DNA of 64,000 nucleotides from Candidatus Omnitrophota bacterium (GCA_022703585.1 JAKLDJ010000002.1:91413-155412); one strand, 5' to 3'; shown: positions 1-9,100, counted from the stretch's first letter. The notes: a model not told the origin generated them from the sequence alone. Numbers and translations: made by a program.

Positions 1-14
1 TTACGCTTGGGACT

Positions 15-205
15 ATAAATAAAAAAGCCGATAAAGATTGGGGCTCATCACCCCGTTCACTTCGGCAACCCAGCCACCATATTGTCAGTAACCACGCCTA
101 TCGGCGAGTATCGCCCAACCGCTTGGGGGGCCTTTTGGGTTTTAGACAACTTAGGTCTGTAGGCTTTGCGTCCCCGGCTTTCACCGGGTTTACCTTTATC
201 GGCTA
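15..205 (-). ncRNA. Candidate c-di-GMP-I (GEMM) riboswitch leader with expression platform and terminator-like end
   Basis: The minus-strand sequence 5'-AGCCGATAAAG-GGTAAACC-CCCGGT-GAAA-GCCGGG-GACGCAAAGCC (forward ~203-162) has the same length and layout as the Vibrio Vc2 aptamer core GGCAAACC-CCAUUC-GAAA-GAGUGG-GACGCAAAGCC. It has a 6-bp stem with a GNRA tetraloop followed by the invariant GACGCAAAGC. An outer 11-bp helix pairs forward 26-36 with 194-204 and is followed at once by a TTTTTTATTTAT run on the minus strand. A near-repeat of the 5' arm (cGCCGATAgg) lies in the enclosed region, which allows alternative pairing. Confidence 0.5.
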
Positions 206-210
206 ATTAA

Positions 211-239
211 AATATAGCATACATTTAGCCTGTTGGCAA
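211..239 (-). promoter_or_regulatory. Sigma70-like promoter on the minus strand (TTGCCA-N17-TATATT) driving the riboswitch leader
   Basis: The minus strand reads cTTGCCAacaggctaaatgtatgcTATATTtta. The -35 lies at forward 234-239 and the -10 at 211-216, with an exact 17-nt spacer. The predicted TSS is ~203, the start of the P1-like helix. Confidence 0.45.
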
Positions 240-295
240 GGTAACGAGAGGCAGGATGCGGGCGGGTTTTAAGCGATACGCCTTAGGGTAATGAA

Positions 296-2023
296 CTACG
301 GAGTTTTCTTGCCCATCTTCTTTTGTCTTATGTCCTGCAGAAAATTCTTAATAAATAGAGCCCTGTCGTCTGTTTTGTTCTCCAGCCCAAGGCCAACCAA
401 GAGCCCTGTCAGAATTTCCTCGGCCCTGTCATATTCTTTGATTTGATTATACAATACGGCTAATTGAATACAGTCTCCCGCCTCTCTTTTTTCCTGGCGC
501 TTAATCAAATCTTCAAATTCTCGCGCAGCATCCCGAATCATGCCTTTGTTAAGATAGCTTGTGGCAAGCTTGCGTTTTAAATTCAGAAAAATAGCATCCT
601 GGTATTTTCTTGTCACGCCTTCCTTTAAAGAACGAGGACTTGATGCCACGGCGCTTTGATATTCTGAAATAGCCAAATCCCACGAACCTTCAAGGTAATA
701 GCAATCACCCAGGCCCTCACGGATCCTGGCCACCCCGGGTTCAAACCGTGCCGACCTTTTAAAAATAGCTAAATCACTTTTCCAGAACGGCTGATAGGAC
801 AATGTGGTCCCAAAAAGAGGCAGAATAATCAACGCGCATACTCCTGAATAAAACCATCGGTCACGGTTATCTTTGTTTAAGAAAGATATGCGTTCCTTAA
901 CTCTGAGCAGAACAGCCGCAGTAAATATACTAAAACCGATCGACGGAAAATAAAGAAAGTGATCCGAAACGACAAGCGTTGCCCCCTCCAAATAAAGAGG
1001 CAAAACCAAAGGAAGCGTAGGAAAAAGCGTAATGATAAACCACAGCCATCCGAAACAAAGAACGCGGTCTATTTTCTTAAATACTAAGGTTAAAAGAATC
1101 AACAGCGGCCAAAGCAAAAGATACGCCACCGCCGATAAATTAAAATGAAACTGCAAGAGTTCTTGGGCCCGGAAATAATGCAAGTCAAAGGGAAACAGCA
1201 TAATTCTAAGATAGCCCAAAAAAAGCTTTGATGACGTCAAAAACCTTTCCGGAAAAACTTCCGTATGCACATTCCACGAATATCCTAATTTCAGATAATA
1301 AATCCTGAAACAAAAAAACACCAGGACAACTATTAACAAGCCACCGTACAACAACAGATTTTCCCGAACAATTTTAAAGACATTCCTCTTTTGAGCGCAG
1401 AGAACATCGTAGGCGAAAATAAGAAACGGCAAGATAATGGAACTTTCCTTACTCAAAAGCGCAAATGCATACAAAAACAGAATCATCCCCACGGCGGGCC
1501 ATTTTACGCTGCCTGTCCGAATACCATTTTGGAAAAGTAGCAGAGCTGAAAGAATAAAGACCGCACTTAAGCTCGCAATAACACAACTGACCATGCATAC
1601 TGTTTCAACCTGGACAGGATGCACTAAGAATATCATGGCCGCCAGAAGGGCGTATTTCCTGTCTGGAATAATTCGAGAAGAAAACAAGTAAACTAAAATA
1701 GCAACAGTAATATGCATGAGCAGGCTTATAAGATTCCATCCGGCCGAATTCTCCCCGAAAAGAAGACATTCCGATAGGTACGCTACAATCCCTAGCGGGC
1801 GGTAGTATTCCGCGACCCCTATAGACGTCCCGATACTCTCAGGATACCGCGGCAGAAAATACCCCGCGAGCTGATGAAAAGACTTAATGGCACTGACTTC
1901 AGCTAAATTCGGAACACTATCAAGGATAAAAGGGAAAGAAAGTGATGCAGTATATAGTGTTAATCCGAGCGCAACAAGAACGGCGGAAGCAGCAAGAAGA
2001 TGATGAACCCCTCGGCGGCTCAT
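296..2023 (-). CDS. Polytopic membrane protein, GT-C fold (PMT_2/GT39/ArnT-like) glycosyltransferase family, with C-terminal TPR-like region
   Basis: 575 aa. About 12 hydrophobic segments occupy the first ~400 aa. The cytoplasmic/periplasmic tail has TPR-like repeats (YQSAV..., AVLYNQIKEYDRAEE). Confidence 0.55.
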   Translation of the reverse strand: MSRRGVHHLLAASAVLVALGLTLYTASLSFPFILDSVPNLAEVSAIKSFHQLAGYFLPRYPESIGTSIGVAEYYRPLGIVAYLSECLLFGENSAGWNLISLLMHITVAILVYLFSSRIIPDRKYALLAAMIFLVHPVQVETVCMVSCVIASLSAVFILSALLLFQNGIRTGSVKWPAVGMILFLYAFALLSKESSIILPFLIFAYDVLCAQKRNVFKIVRENLLLYGGLLIVVLVFFCFRIYYLKLGYSWNVHTEVFPERFLTSSKLFLGYLRIMLFPFDLHYFRAQELLQFHFNLSAVAYLLLWPLLILLTLVFKKIDRVLCFGWLWFIITLFPTLPLVLPLYLEGATLVVSDHFLYFPSIGFSIFTAAVLLRVKERISFLNKDNRDRWFYSGVCALIILPLFGTTLSYQPFWKSDLAIFKRSARFEPGVARIREGLGDCYYLEGSWDLAISEYQSAVASSPRSLKEGVTRKYQDAIFLNLKRKLATSYLNKGMIRDAAREFEDLIKRQEKREAGDCIQLAVLYNQIKEYDRAEEILTGLLVGLGLENKTDDRALFIKNFLQDIRQKKMGKKTP

Positions 2024-2110
2024 TTTTCCCAGCTCCCAAAGGAACAGGAATATTCTTTCATAAACACAATTCTCTCGATAGGGATTTCAATATTTCAAGA
2101 ACTAGAAAAA

Positions 2111-2782
2111 TCAGAATTTTAAGAACTTCTCCCAGTACTTATACAGTTCTTTAGTGGCCCTAACATCCCCGAGGCAATACCGGGCGATATCCTGATAGCG
2201 GCCTTCTTTAAATAGGTCTTTAACCTGCAAACCGCTGATTCCGTCTTGTTTGGGGCTTTTGATATTAAAGGCATTGCACCACATATGCAGGCTGAATTTC
2301 CTGCGCATCGCGTCGTAAAAGGTCAGCTGATCGCTTAAATCGATATGCTCGGCATGAGAATAGCGATAGGGCACAAGATTCCTGATCGGCTTGATTTTGT
2401 TCATCGCCGAACGCAGCATCACAAACGGGCCGTCGAATGTCCGGCCGTTAAACGTCACAAACTGGGTATAATTTCGCATGTGTACCCAGAAATTAGTCAA
2501 AATATCCTGTTCGTTGCCGGAGATAAAAACAACATCCCCGTCGATAAATTTCTCCGGTTTGGCCCCGCCATTCTGATAATAGACGAAACCCTTATCCGTC
2601 TCCGCCTCCAGCATGGCAATGGTAACGATCTGGGCAGTAAGAGGATAAAAACTTAAAGAGTTCTTCGCCTCTTCTTTTTCTTCCTCATTTTCGGCGAATC
2701 TTAAGAAATATTCTTTGGACGTCTCGTCCAAGAGCTCAAAATCCTGCCCCACGGTTTCGATATCAAAGATTACTTTAGCCAC
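2111..2782 (-). CDS. Predicted 3'-5' exonuclease, RNase H-like fold related to the PolB exonuclease domain (YprB-like)
   Basis: 223 aa. N-terminal VIFDIETVG (Exo I, DxE) and FNGRTFDGPF (Exo II-like) motifs. Size and motif order fit the stand-alone DNA_pol_B_exo2-type exonucleases. Confidence 0.55.
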   Translation of the reverse strand: MAKVIFDIETVGQDFELLDETSKEYFLRFAENEEEKEEAKNSLSFYPLTAQIVTIAMLEAETDKGFVYYQNGGAKPEKFIDGDVVFISGNEQDILTNFWVHMRNYTQFVTFNGRTFDGPFVMLRSAMNKIKPIRNLVPYRYSHAEHIDLSDQLTFYDAMRRKFSLHMWCNAFNIKSPKQDGISGLQVKDLFKEGRYQDIARYCLGDVRATKELYKYWEKFLKF

Positions 2783-2810
2783 AGACTATCCCTCCTATTA
2801 TTTCTGCCGC

Positions 2811-3437
2811 TCAAACGCCGGCACGAGCCTTTACTAAGAATTCTACCAATAATTTTTCATCCTTCTTGCCCGGAACGCTTTCCACGCCCGAGGAAACATC
2901 CACCGCGTAGGGCTTTACCGTTGTTATCGCCGCGGCGATATTTTCCGCGCAAAGGCCGCCGGACAAAATAACAGGTTTGCTTAACTTTTTGCCCGCAATA
3001 ATTTCCCAATTAAAAGTCTTGCCGCTGCCGCCGTACACGTTTTCCTGGTGCGCATCAAACAAATACGCACATACCGGATATTGTGAAAGGCCGCTTATGT
3101 CAAATTTATCATGCACCCGAAAGGCCTTGATCACTTTGTAGGATTTGAATCGCTGGCAGTACTGCGGAGTTTCATCGCCGTGAAATTGCAGGGTATTAAG
3201 ACCGCAGAATTCGGCGATATCCCTGACCGCCCCCTCTTTTTGGTCAACAAAAACTCCCACCGGTGTTACAAAAGGCGGTAGGATCTGGATAATACGCTGT
3301 GCCTTCGACGGTGAGACAAACCGCGGGCTTTTTTTATAAAAAATAAATCCTAACGCCCACACCCCCAATGACGCCGCCAGCAGGGCATCTTCCGTGTTGG
3401 TTATTCCGCAAATCTTCGTCTTGACATTATTTTCCAT
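2811..3437 (-). CDS. trpF: Phosphoribosylanthranilate isomerase
   Basis: 208 aa. KICGIT...GFIF and QFHGDE motifs. Follows trpC in operon order. Confidence 0.9.
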   Translation of the reverse strand: MENNVKTKICGITNTEDALLAASLGVWALGFIFYKKSPRFVSPSKAQRIIQILPPFVTPVGVFVDQKEGAVRDIAEFCGLNTLQFHGDETPQYCQRFKSYKVIKAFRVHDKFDISGLSQYPVCAYLFDAHQENVYGGSGKTFNWEIIAGKKLSKPVILSGGLCAENIAAAITTVKPYAVDVSSGVESVPGKKDEKLLVEFLVKARAGV

Positions 3438-4215
3438 GCATCACTTCCCTTATCTTGGCCGACATATTCTCGGCACGTAAAAAAGTTTCTCCGATTAAAA
3501 CCGCATGTACCCCTAAATCCTGTAACACCTTTACTTCCTCATGACTTTTAATGCCGCTTTCAGAAACAATGATTCTGTCTTTGGGAATCATCGGAATCAG
3601 TTTGCGACTGATATCAAAATTAACCGTCAATGTACGTAAATTGCGGTTGTTAACGCCGATGATCTCGGCACCGCATTTAAGCGCCCTTTTTAATTCAGCC
3701 TCATTGTGGACTTCAACCAGGCAATCAACGTCCAGTTTAGCGGCCCTGTCGATAAGGCGCCTAAGTGTCTCGTTGTCTAAAAGCGCAACAATTAGAAGAA
3801 TGGCGCTGGCGCCAAAATAAAACGCCTCGTAAATTTGAACCTCATCGATAAAGAAATCTTTTGCCAGCACAGGAATCTTAAAATGCTCACTGACCTGGCG
3901 CATATAGGGAACTTTTCCTAGAAAGAATTTTTCCTCGGTTAAAACCGAAATAGCCGACGCCCCGGCCTCAAGGTAAGTTGCGGCAATCCTATTAATATTA
4001 AAATCCTTGCAGATAATCCCTTGAGATGGCGAGGCTTTCTTGATTTCCGCGATAAGATTAACCTGGCCCGGCTGCGTAATCGCCTGCTTAAAAATCCGGT
4101 AGCGGGAGAGCTTGTCGTCTTTGATTTTCTTCTTCAAGGATTCGAAAAAAGCCTTCTTTTCCTTAAGAAGGCTTTGCTTGTGCTTTAGGATTTTATTAAG
4201 AAAATCAGCCGGCAC
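3427..4215 (-). CDS. trpC: Indole-3-glycerol phosphate synthase
   Basis: 262 aa. IAEIKKASPSQG and other IGPS motifs. Overlaps trpD and trpF ends. Confidence 0.9.
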   Translation of the reverse strand: MPADFLNKILKHKQSLLKEKKAFFESLKKKIKDDKLSRYRIFKQAITQPGQVNLIAEIKKASPSQGIICKDFNINRIAATYLEAGASAISVLTEEKFFLGKVPYMRQVSEHFKIPVLAKDFFIDEVQIYEAFYFGASAILLIVALLDNETLRRLIDRAAKLDVDCLVEVHNEAELKRALKCGAEIIGVNNRNLRTLTVNFDISRKLIPMIPKDRIIVSESGIKSHEEVKVLQDLGVHAVLIGETFLRAENMSAKIREVMHGK

Positions 4216-5218
4216 GGTTTGTAAACTCTCTTAACAGGGTTAACTTCTTCGCCGCCTTGCCCGAGTCAATGGATTCTTCAGCTATTTTTATACCGTCAGC
4301 GACCGTCGTTACGGCCTGAGTAACATACAAAGCACAGGCGGCATTCAAGACAACAATATCGCGCTGGGGTCCTTTTTGGCCGCTCAATACATCCTTGGCA
4401 ATCCGGACATTCCTATTCAAGTCTCCGCCTTTAAGGTCTTCGCTTTTGGAAATAGCAATACCGAATTCTTCCGGCGAGAGAGGATACGACGACACTTCAT
4501 TGCCGTCGTATTCGCTGATAAAGGTCGCCCCCGTTGTCGTTACCTCATCTAAACCGTCATGTCCGTGAACCACCATGGCGCGCTTGATCCCTAAATTCTT
4601 TAAAACATACGCGATCGGCTCAACCAGCCCTTTATCGTAAATACCCATCATTTGATGCGTGGCCGAAGCCGGATTGGTTAACGGCCCTAAGATATTAAAG
4701 ATTGTTTCAACGCCCAGCTCTTTACGTACCGGCCCGGCATATTTCATGGCCGGATGCAGGTTCGGGGCAAACAAAAAAGCGATACCGACTTTATCCAGGC
4801 ATGTACCTAATTTTTGAGCATCCAGGCTTAAGTTTATCCCCAAGGCCTCCAGAAGATCGGCGCTGCCGCAGCTGCTGGAAACAGACCGGTTGCCGTGTTT
4901 GGCAACGGCCACCCCGGCACCGGCAATAACAAACGCCGCCACCGTCGATATATTAAACGTGCCCTTTTTATCGCCGCCCGTGCCGCAAGTATCCAAGACA
5001 ACTTCATGATTTGTTTTTACCTTGAGACAATACTCCCTCATGACTTTGGCGGCGCCGGTTATCTCCTCAACGGTCGAGCCCTTGGCGCGCAAGGCCAACA
5101 AAAAAGAAGCAATATCTTCTTTAAGCGCCTGGCCGGACATAATCGTCCGCATGACCTGCTGAATTTCTTCTTGGGTCAGGTTTTTCTTATCTTTGATTTT
5201 CGCGATAGCGGATTTCAT
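4205..5218 (-). CDS. trpD: Anthranilate phosphoribosyltransferase
   Basis: 337 aa. VLDTCGTGGDKKGTFNIST motif. Confidence 0.9.
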   Translation of the reverse strand: MKSAIAKIKDKKNLTQEEIQQVMRTIMSGQALKEDIASFLLALRAKGSTVEEITGAAKVMREYCLKVKTNHEVVLDTCGTGGDKKGTFNISTVAAFVIAGAGVAVAKHGNRSVSSSCGSADLLEALGINLSLDAQKLGTCLDKVGIAFLFAPNLHPAMKYAGPVRKELGVETIFNILGPLTNPASATHQMMGIYDKGLVEPIAYVLKNLGIKRAMVVHGHDGLDEVTTTGATFISEYDGNEVSSYPLSPEEFGIAISKSEDLKGGDLNRNVRIAKDVLSGQKGPQRDIVVLNAACALYVTQAVTTVADGIKIAEESIDSGKAAKKLTLLREFTNRAG

Positions 5219-5245
5219 ATTTTGAGATGAATAGAATCTTTTTGT

Positions 5246-5314
5246 GCGGGGGGCGGCCCTCGATGTTTTCCAATCGCCCTTGGGCGATAGACCAACGGGT
5301 CGGGCCGCCCCCTC
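5246..5314 (-). other. Intercistronic pure-GC hairpin (11-bp G/C stem GGGGGCGGCCC/GGGCCGCCCCC) with nested hairpin ATCGCCC-TTG-GGCGAT, between trpG and trpD
   Basis: Read directly from the sequence. Stem arms are at 5248-5259 and 5302-5312; the inner palindrome is at 5273-5288. There is no U-tract after it on the minus strand, so it is not a canonical intrinsic terminator. Confidence 0.5.
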
Positions 5315-5321
5315 CCAGAAC

Positions 5322-5888
5322 TTAGCGTAAAGCTAAGAAATTACTCAAAATATCTTTACCGGACTTAGTTAAAATCGACTCCGGATGAAACTGGACACCC
5401 CAAAGGGGAAACTTCTTATGCTTGACCCCCATAATCTCTTTATCATTCGTCCAGGCCGTTAATTCCAAGCATTCGGGAAGATTTCTTGGGTCAATGACCA
5501 GAGAATGGTAACGGGTCGCTTCAAAAGGATTTTCGACCGACTTAAATATTCCTTTTTTATTGTGGTAAATTTTCGATGTCTTCCCGTGCATCAACCTCTT
5601 GGCTTGGATAATCTTTCCCCCGAAGGCATAGCCGATCGCCTGATGCCCCAGGCAGACACCTAAAATCGGCAATTGAGCGGACAATTCGCGAATCAGCGAA
5701 ACGGAAATTCCCGCATCCTCGGGCCGTCCCGGCCCCGGGGAAATAAGGATCTTGTCGGGCTTGAGTTTCTTAATCTGCTCAAGCGTAATTTTATCGTTAC
5801 GGTAAACCTTGAGCTGCGCGCCCAATTCCCCTAAATACTGGACGAGGTTATAGGTAAACGAATCATAATTATCGATAACGAGAATCAT
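5322..5888 (-). CDS. trpG: Anthranilate synthase component II / glutamine amidotransferase (TrpG/PabA type)
   Basis: 188 aa. MILVIDNYDSFTYNLVQYL, catalytic GVCLGHQ and the H-P-E triad region. Confidence 0.85.
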   Translation of the reverse strand: MILVIDNYDSFTYNLVQYLGELGAQLKVYRNDKITLEQIKKLKPDKILISPGPGRPEDAGISVSLIRELSAQLPILGVCLGHQAIGYAFGGKIIQAKRLMHGKTSKIYHNKKGIFKSVENPFEATRYHSLVIDPRNLPECLELTAWTNDKEIMGVKHKKFPLWGVQFHPESILTKSGKDILSNFLALR

Positions 5889-5892
5889 AAAA

Positions 5893-7155
5893 TTATTCTT
5901 TTTCTCTGCTTACTTTCGCGCCCAACTTGGCTAATTTTTCATCGATGGCCTCATAACCGCGATCTAGATGGTAGATACGATGAATCTCCGTCGTCCCTTC
6001 CGCTGCCAGGCCGGCAATCAAAAGTGCCGCCGACGCCCTTAAGTCCGAGGCCATGACCGGAGCGCCATAAATGGCCTTTGTCCCTTGAACAATAGCGCTG
6101 CTGCCTTCACGGCGTATATCCGCACCCATACGGTTTAATTCAGCGATATGCATAAAACGATCAGGGTAGATCTTGTCGGTAATAACACTGATCCCTGGCG
6201 TCATAGCCATCACCGCCATAAACTGCGCCTGCAAGTCCGTCGGAAATCCCGGATACGGCAACATAGTCACACTGACGGGTTTTATAGTTTTGTTTGTTTT
6301 TACCCGGATCATGTTGTGCTCCTTGATAACCTTAACGCCCGCCTCTTCCAGCTTATCCACAAGTGCCGATAAATGATTATAGCGCACATCCCTTAAAACA
6401 ATATTGCTTCTCATGGCTGCCGCCATCAGAATAAATGTTCCGGCCTCGATCCTGTCCGGAATAACTTTATAATCGGCGCCATGAAGCTTCTTAACGCCCG
6501 AAATAACGATTTGCGGTGAGCCGTGACCCTTGATCCGTGCTCCCATTTCGATTAAGAAATTTGCCAAATCTTCCACTTCCGGTTCACAGGCCGCGGATTC
6601 AATGATGGTCTCCCCCGCAGCCAGGGTTGCCGCCATCATCACGTTCGCCGTTGCCAGAACTGATGAGCCCGAAACCCCGCCCAGATAAATATGAGTTCCC
6701 TGTAATTTCTTCGACTGAGCAATAACATAACCGCCTTCAAAATGTATCTTTGCTCCCAACGCCTGGATGCCTTTAATATGCAAATCAACCGGCCGCACCC
6801 CGATAATACATCCGCCGGGTAAAGACACCTTAGCAATCCCCAGCTTTGCCAATAAAGGCCCTAAGACGCAAAACGATCCGCGCATAGTCGAAACCAGCTT
6901 GTAATCGGCGAGATAGCTAATCTCCCCCTTGGAAGAAACAGTTACGCAGTCTTTCTCGATGTCAACGTTTTTACCCAGGGAGCGCAAGAGCTTCGCCATC
7001 GTCATCGTATCCCGCAATTTCGGGACATTGTGAATCGTGCAGGTCTCGTCGGTCAATAAAGTCGCTGCCATAATCGGCAGGACCGCGTTTTTGGCACCGC
7101 TGATCTTAACCTCACCCTGCAATTTCTTTCCGCCTTCGATAACTAATTTTTCCAT
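5893..7155 (-). CDS. murA: UDP-N-acetylglucosamine 1-carboxyvinyltransferase
   Basis: 420 aa. KISGAKNAVLPIMAA N-terminus; full-length EPT fold. Confidence 0.9.
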   Translation of the reverse strand: MEKLVIEGGKKLQGEVKISGAKNAVLPIMAATLLTDETCTIHNVPKLRDTMTMAKLLRSLGKNVDIEKDCVTVSSKGEISYLADYKLVSTMRGSFCVLGPLLAKLGIAKVSLPGGCIIGVRPVDLHIKGIQALGAKIHFEGGYVIAQSKKLQGTHIYLGGVSGSSVLATANVMMAATLAAGETIIESAACEPEVEDLANFLIEMGARIKGHGSPQIVISGVKKLHGADYKVIPDRIEAGTFILMAAAMRSNIVLRDVRYNHLSALVDKLEEAGVKVIKEHNMIRVKTNKTIKPVSVTMLPYPGFPTDLQAQFMAVMAMTPGISVITDKIYPDRFMHIAELNRMGADIRREGSSAIVQGTKAIYGAPVMASDLRASAALLIAGLAAEGTTEIHRIYHLDRGYEAIDEKLAKLGAKVSREKE

Positions 7156-7159
7156 AGAC

Positions 7160-7954
7160 TTATACCTTTGCGATTAGGACACGTTCAGTTTGGTTATAAT
7201 CTTTTACGCAATCAACAATTTTGAAACGGCCATTAGCACACAGAATGTTTTCAATGTCGCCTCTTTGCCCATTCCCGATCTCCAGGAAAATAAAACCGCC
7301 TTTTCTTAAAAAACGGGGGCTTTCGTCAGCGATACGACGATAAAAATCCAATCCATCTTCACCGCCGTCAAGGGCAATGACAGGATCGTGACGCACTTCC
7401 TTGGGCAAATGGGCAATTTGAGCAACAGGAATATACGGAGGATTGGAAACGATAATGTCGAATAAATTCTCTAAAGCTAGGTAGCTGGAAAGATACGAAA
7501 ACAAATCGCTTTCAATAAATCGTATCTTGTCTTCGGATTGATTAAGGCGGGCATTGTCACGGGCAAGATCAAGCGCTTCTTTAGAAATGTCAACAGCCGT
7601 TACAAGGCAATTTGAAATATTCTTAACCAGGCTAACGGCAATATTGCCGCTGCCGGTACCGATATCAAGAATTCTTAAAGGAAAGCGCGAAAGGCTTAAA
7701 GCCTTTTCAATGACAAGCTGAACTAAGATCTCCGTTTCGGGCCGAGGGATCAGCGCCCTTTTATCGGTCAGGAATTTTAACCCCATGAATTCACAGCTTC
7801 CCAGAATATGCTGCAGCGGCTCGCCGTTTTTTCTCCTCTCTTGCATCAAGGTCAGGATATTTTGCTGCTCGGGCGTCAGCGTCTTTGAACCAACATAGAG
7901 ATCAATGCGCCGGCAGTTCAGCAAACTCGTTAGCATCAATTCTTGTTCGGTCAT
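7160..7954 (-). CDS. prmC: Release factor glutamine N5-methyltransferase
   Basis: 264 aa. LDIGTGSG SAM motif and NPPY catalytic motif. Immediately downstream of prfA. Confidence 0.85.
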   Translation of the reverse strand: MTEQELMLTSLLNCRRIDLYVGSKTLTPEQQNILTLMQERRKNGEPLQHILGSCEFMGLKFLTDKRALIPRPETEILVQLVIEKALSLSRFPLRILDIGTGSGNIAVSLVKNISNCLVTAVDISKEALDLARDNARLNQSEDKIRFIESDLFSYLSSYLALENLFDIIVSNPPYIPVAQIAHLPKEVRHDPVIALDGGEDGLDFYRRIADESPRFLRKGGFIFLEIGNGQRGDIENILCANGRFKIVDCVKDYNQTERVLIAKV

Positions 7955-7999
7955 CTATTTCTCACCGCCTCTTCCTCAGAAAAGATCTTCAATGACAAA

Positions 8000-9082
8000 T
8001 TACTGCTTGGCTTTCTCCAATTCCAGTTCGGCTTCAGCCTCCGCCTTCATAAGGGCACCAGTTAACTCATCAAGTTCGCCGTCCATCACACTCACCAGCT
8101 GATGCGTGGTAAAGCCTATCCGGTGATCCGTTACTCTTCTGTCGGGGAAATTATAAGTCCGTATTTTTTCACTACGGTCACCGGTACCGATTTTTGCACG
8201 GCGCTCTTGGGATGCCTTGGCCGTAGCCTGCTGTCTCATGTTGTCTAAAATCCTTGCCCGCAAAACCCGCATGGCCTTCATTTTATTCTTAAGTTGAGAA
8301 CGTTCATCCTGACAAACAACCACCGTCCCTGTAGGAAGATGTGTTAGCCGAACGGCGGAATCCGTCGTGTTGACGCTTTGCCCGCCCGGGCCTGAGGAAC
8401 GAAAAACATCAATCTTTAAATCTTTAGGATCGATCGTAAGCTCAACCTCTTCAGGCTCGAATAAAACTGCCACGGTTGCAGTTGAGGTATGGATACGGCC
8501 CGAGGCCTCGGTCGTGGGGACACGCTGAACCCGATGGACACCGCTCTCCCACTTAAGCCGCCGCGATGCCTCTTTACCGCTAATGCTAAAAATCGCTTCT
8601 TTAAACCCGCTGGCTTCCGATGCAGAACTGCTGATCGAATCAACCTTCCAGCCTTTTTGGGCCGCGTACTTGGTGTACATACGGTATAGATCAGAGGCAA
8701 AAAGACTGGCCTCCGCGCCTCCCGTGCCGGCACGAATCTCCATAATAACATCTTTATCTTTTTGTTCTTTGCCGGCATTAAAAAGCTGCTCGAGCTTATC
8801 TTCAAGCTCCTGCTGCTTCTTCTCTAAATCTTTGATCTCGGCCTTTGCCAGTTCTTCGAATTCCTTATCGTGTTTTTCCTTAAGAAGCTTTTTAAGTTCT
8901 GTAACCTGCTCTATGATTTTCTTATACTCGCGAAAGGCCCCCGCCATAAAAGTAATCTCGGAAAACTCCCGGGCAAACTTTTGGTATTGATTGCTATCCG
9001 CGATGACCTTGGGATCCCCTAAAATCTGCTCGAGCTCCAGAGCACGTTTTTCGATCTTTTCAAACTTCTCAACGATAAACAT
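8000..9082 (-). CDS. prfA: Peptide chain release factor 1
   Basis: 360 aa. GGQ motif (SGPGGQSVNTT) and a PxT-type decoding motif (RVPTTE). RBS AAGAGG lies 10 nt upstream. Confidence 0.9.
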   Translation of the reverse strand: MFIVEKFEKIEKRALELEQILGDPKVIADSNQYQKFAREFSEITFMAGAFREYKKIIEQVTELKKLLKEKHDKEFEELAKAEIKDLEKKQQELEDKLEQLFNAGKEQKDKDVIMEIRAGTGGAEASLFASDLYRMYTKYAAQKGWKVDSISSSASEASGFKEAIFSISGKEASRRLKWESGVHRVQRVPTTEASGRIHTSTATVAVLFEPEEVELTIDPKDLKIDVFRSSGPGGQSVNTTDSAVRLTHLPTGTVVVCQDERSQLKNKMKAMRVLRARILDNMRQQATAKASQERRAKIGTGDRSEKIRTYNFPDRRVTDHRIGFTTHQLVSVMDGELDELTGALMKAEAEAELELEKAKQ

Positions 9083-9100
9083 TGATTAGAACCTCTTAAA

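Noticed and set aside
1-295. The GC-rich non-coding block at the window start, considered as RNase P RNA, tmRNA, SRP RNA or an rRNA fragment
   Set aside because: GGTAAACCC resembles RNase P CR-IV, and AAACCCAAAAG resembles a tmRNA stretch. But the CR-I GGAAAGTCCGGGCTCC is absent, no tmRNA GGGG 5' end or T-arm/tag ORF is present, there is no SRP domain IV motif, and 190 nt is too short. The match to the GEMM core is much better.
8416-8805. 129-aa minus-strand ORF inside prfA in another frame, and similar internal ORFs (18583-18837, 28409-28726, 28826-29272, 30703-31062, 46703-47083, 57902-58165, 61155-61373)
   Set aside because: They are alternative-frame overlaps of confident genes, with Arg/Pro/Ser-rich translations typical of out-of-frame reads.
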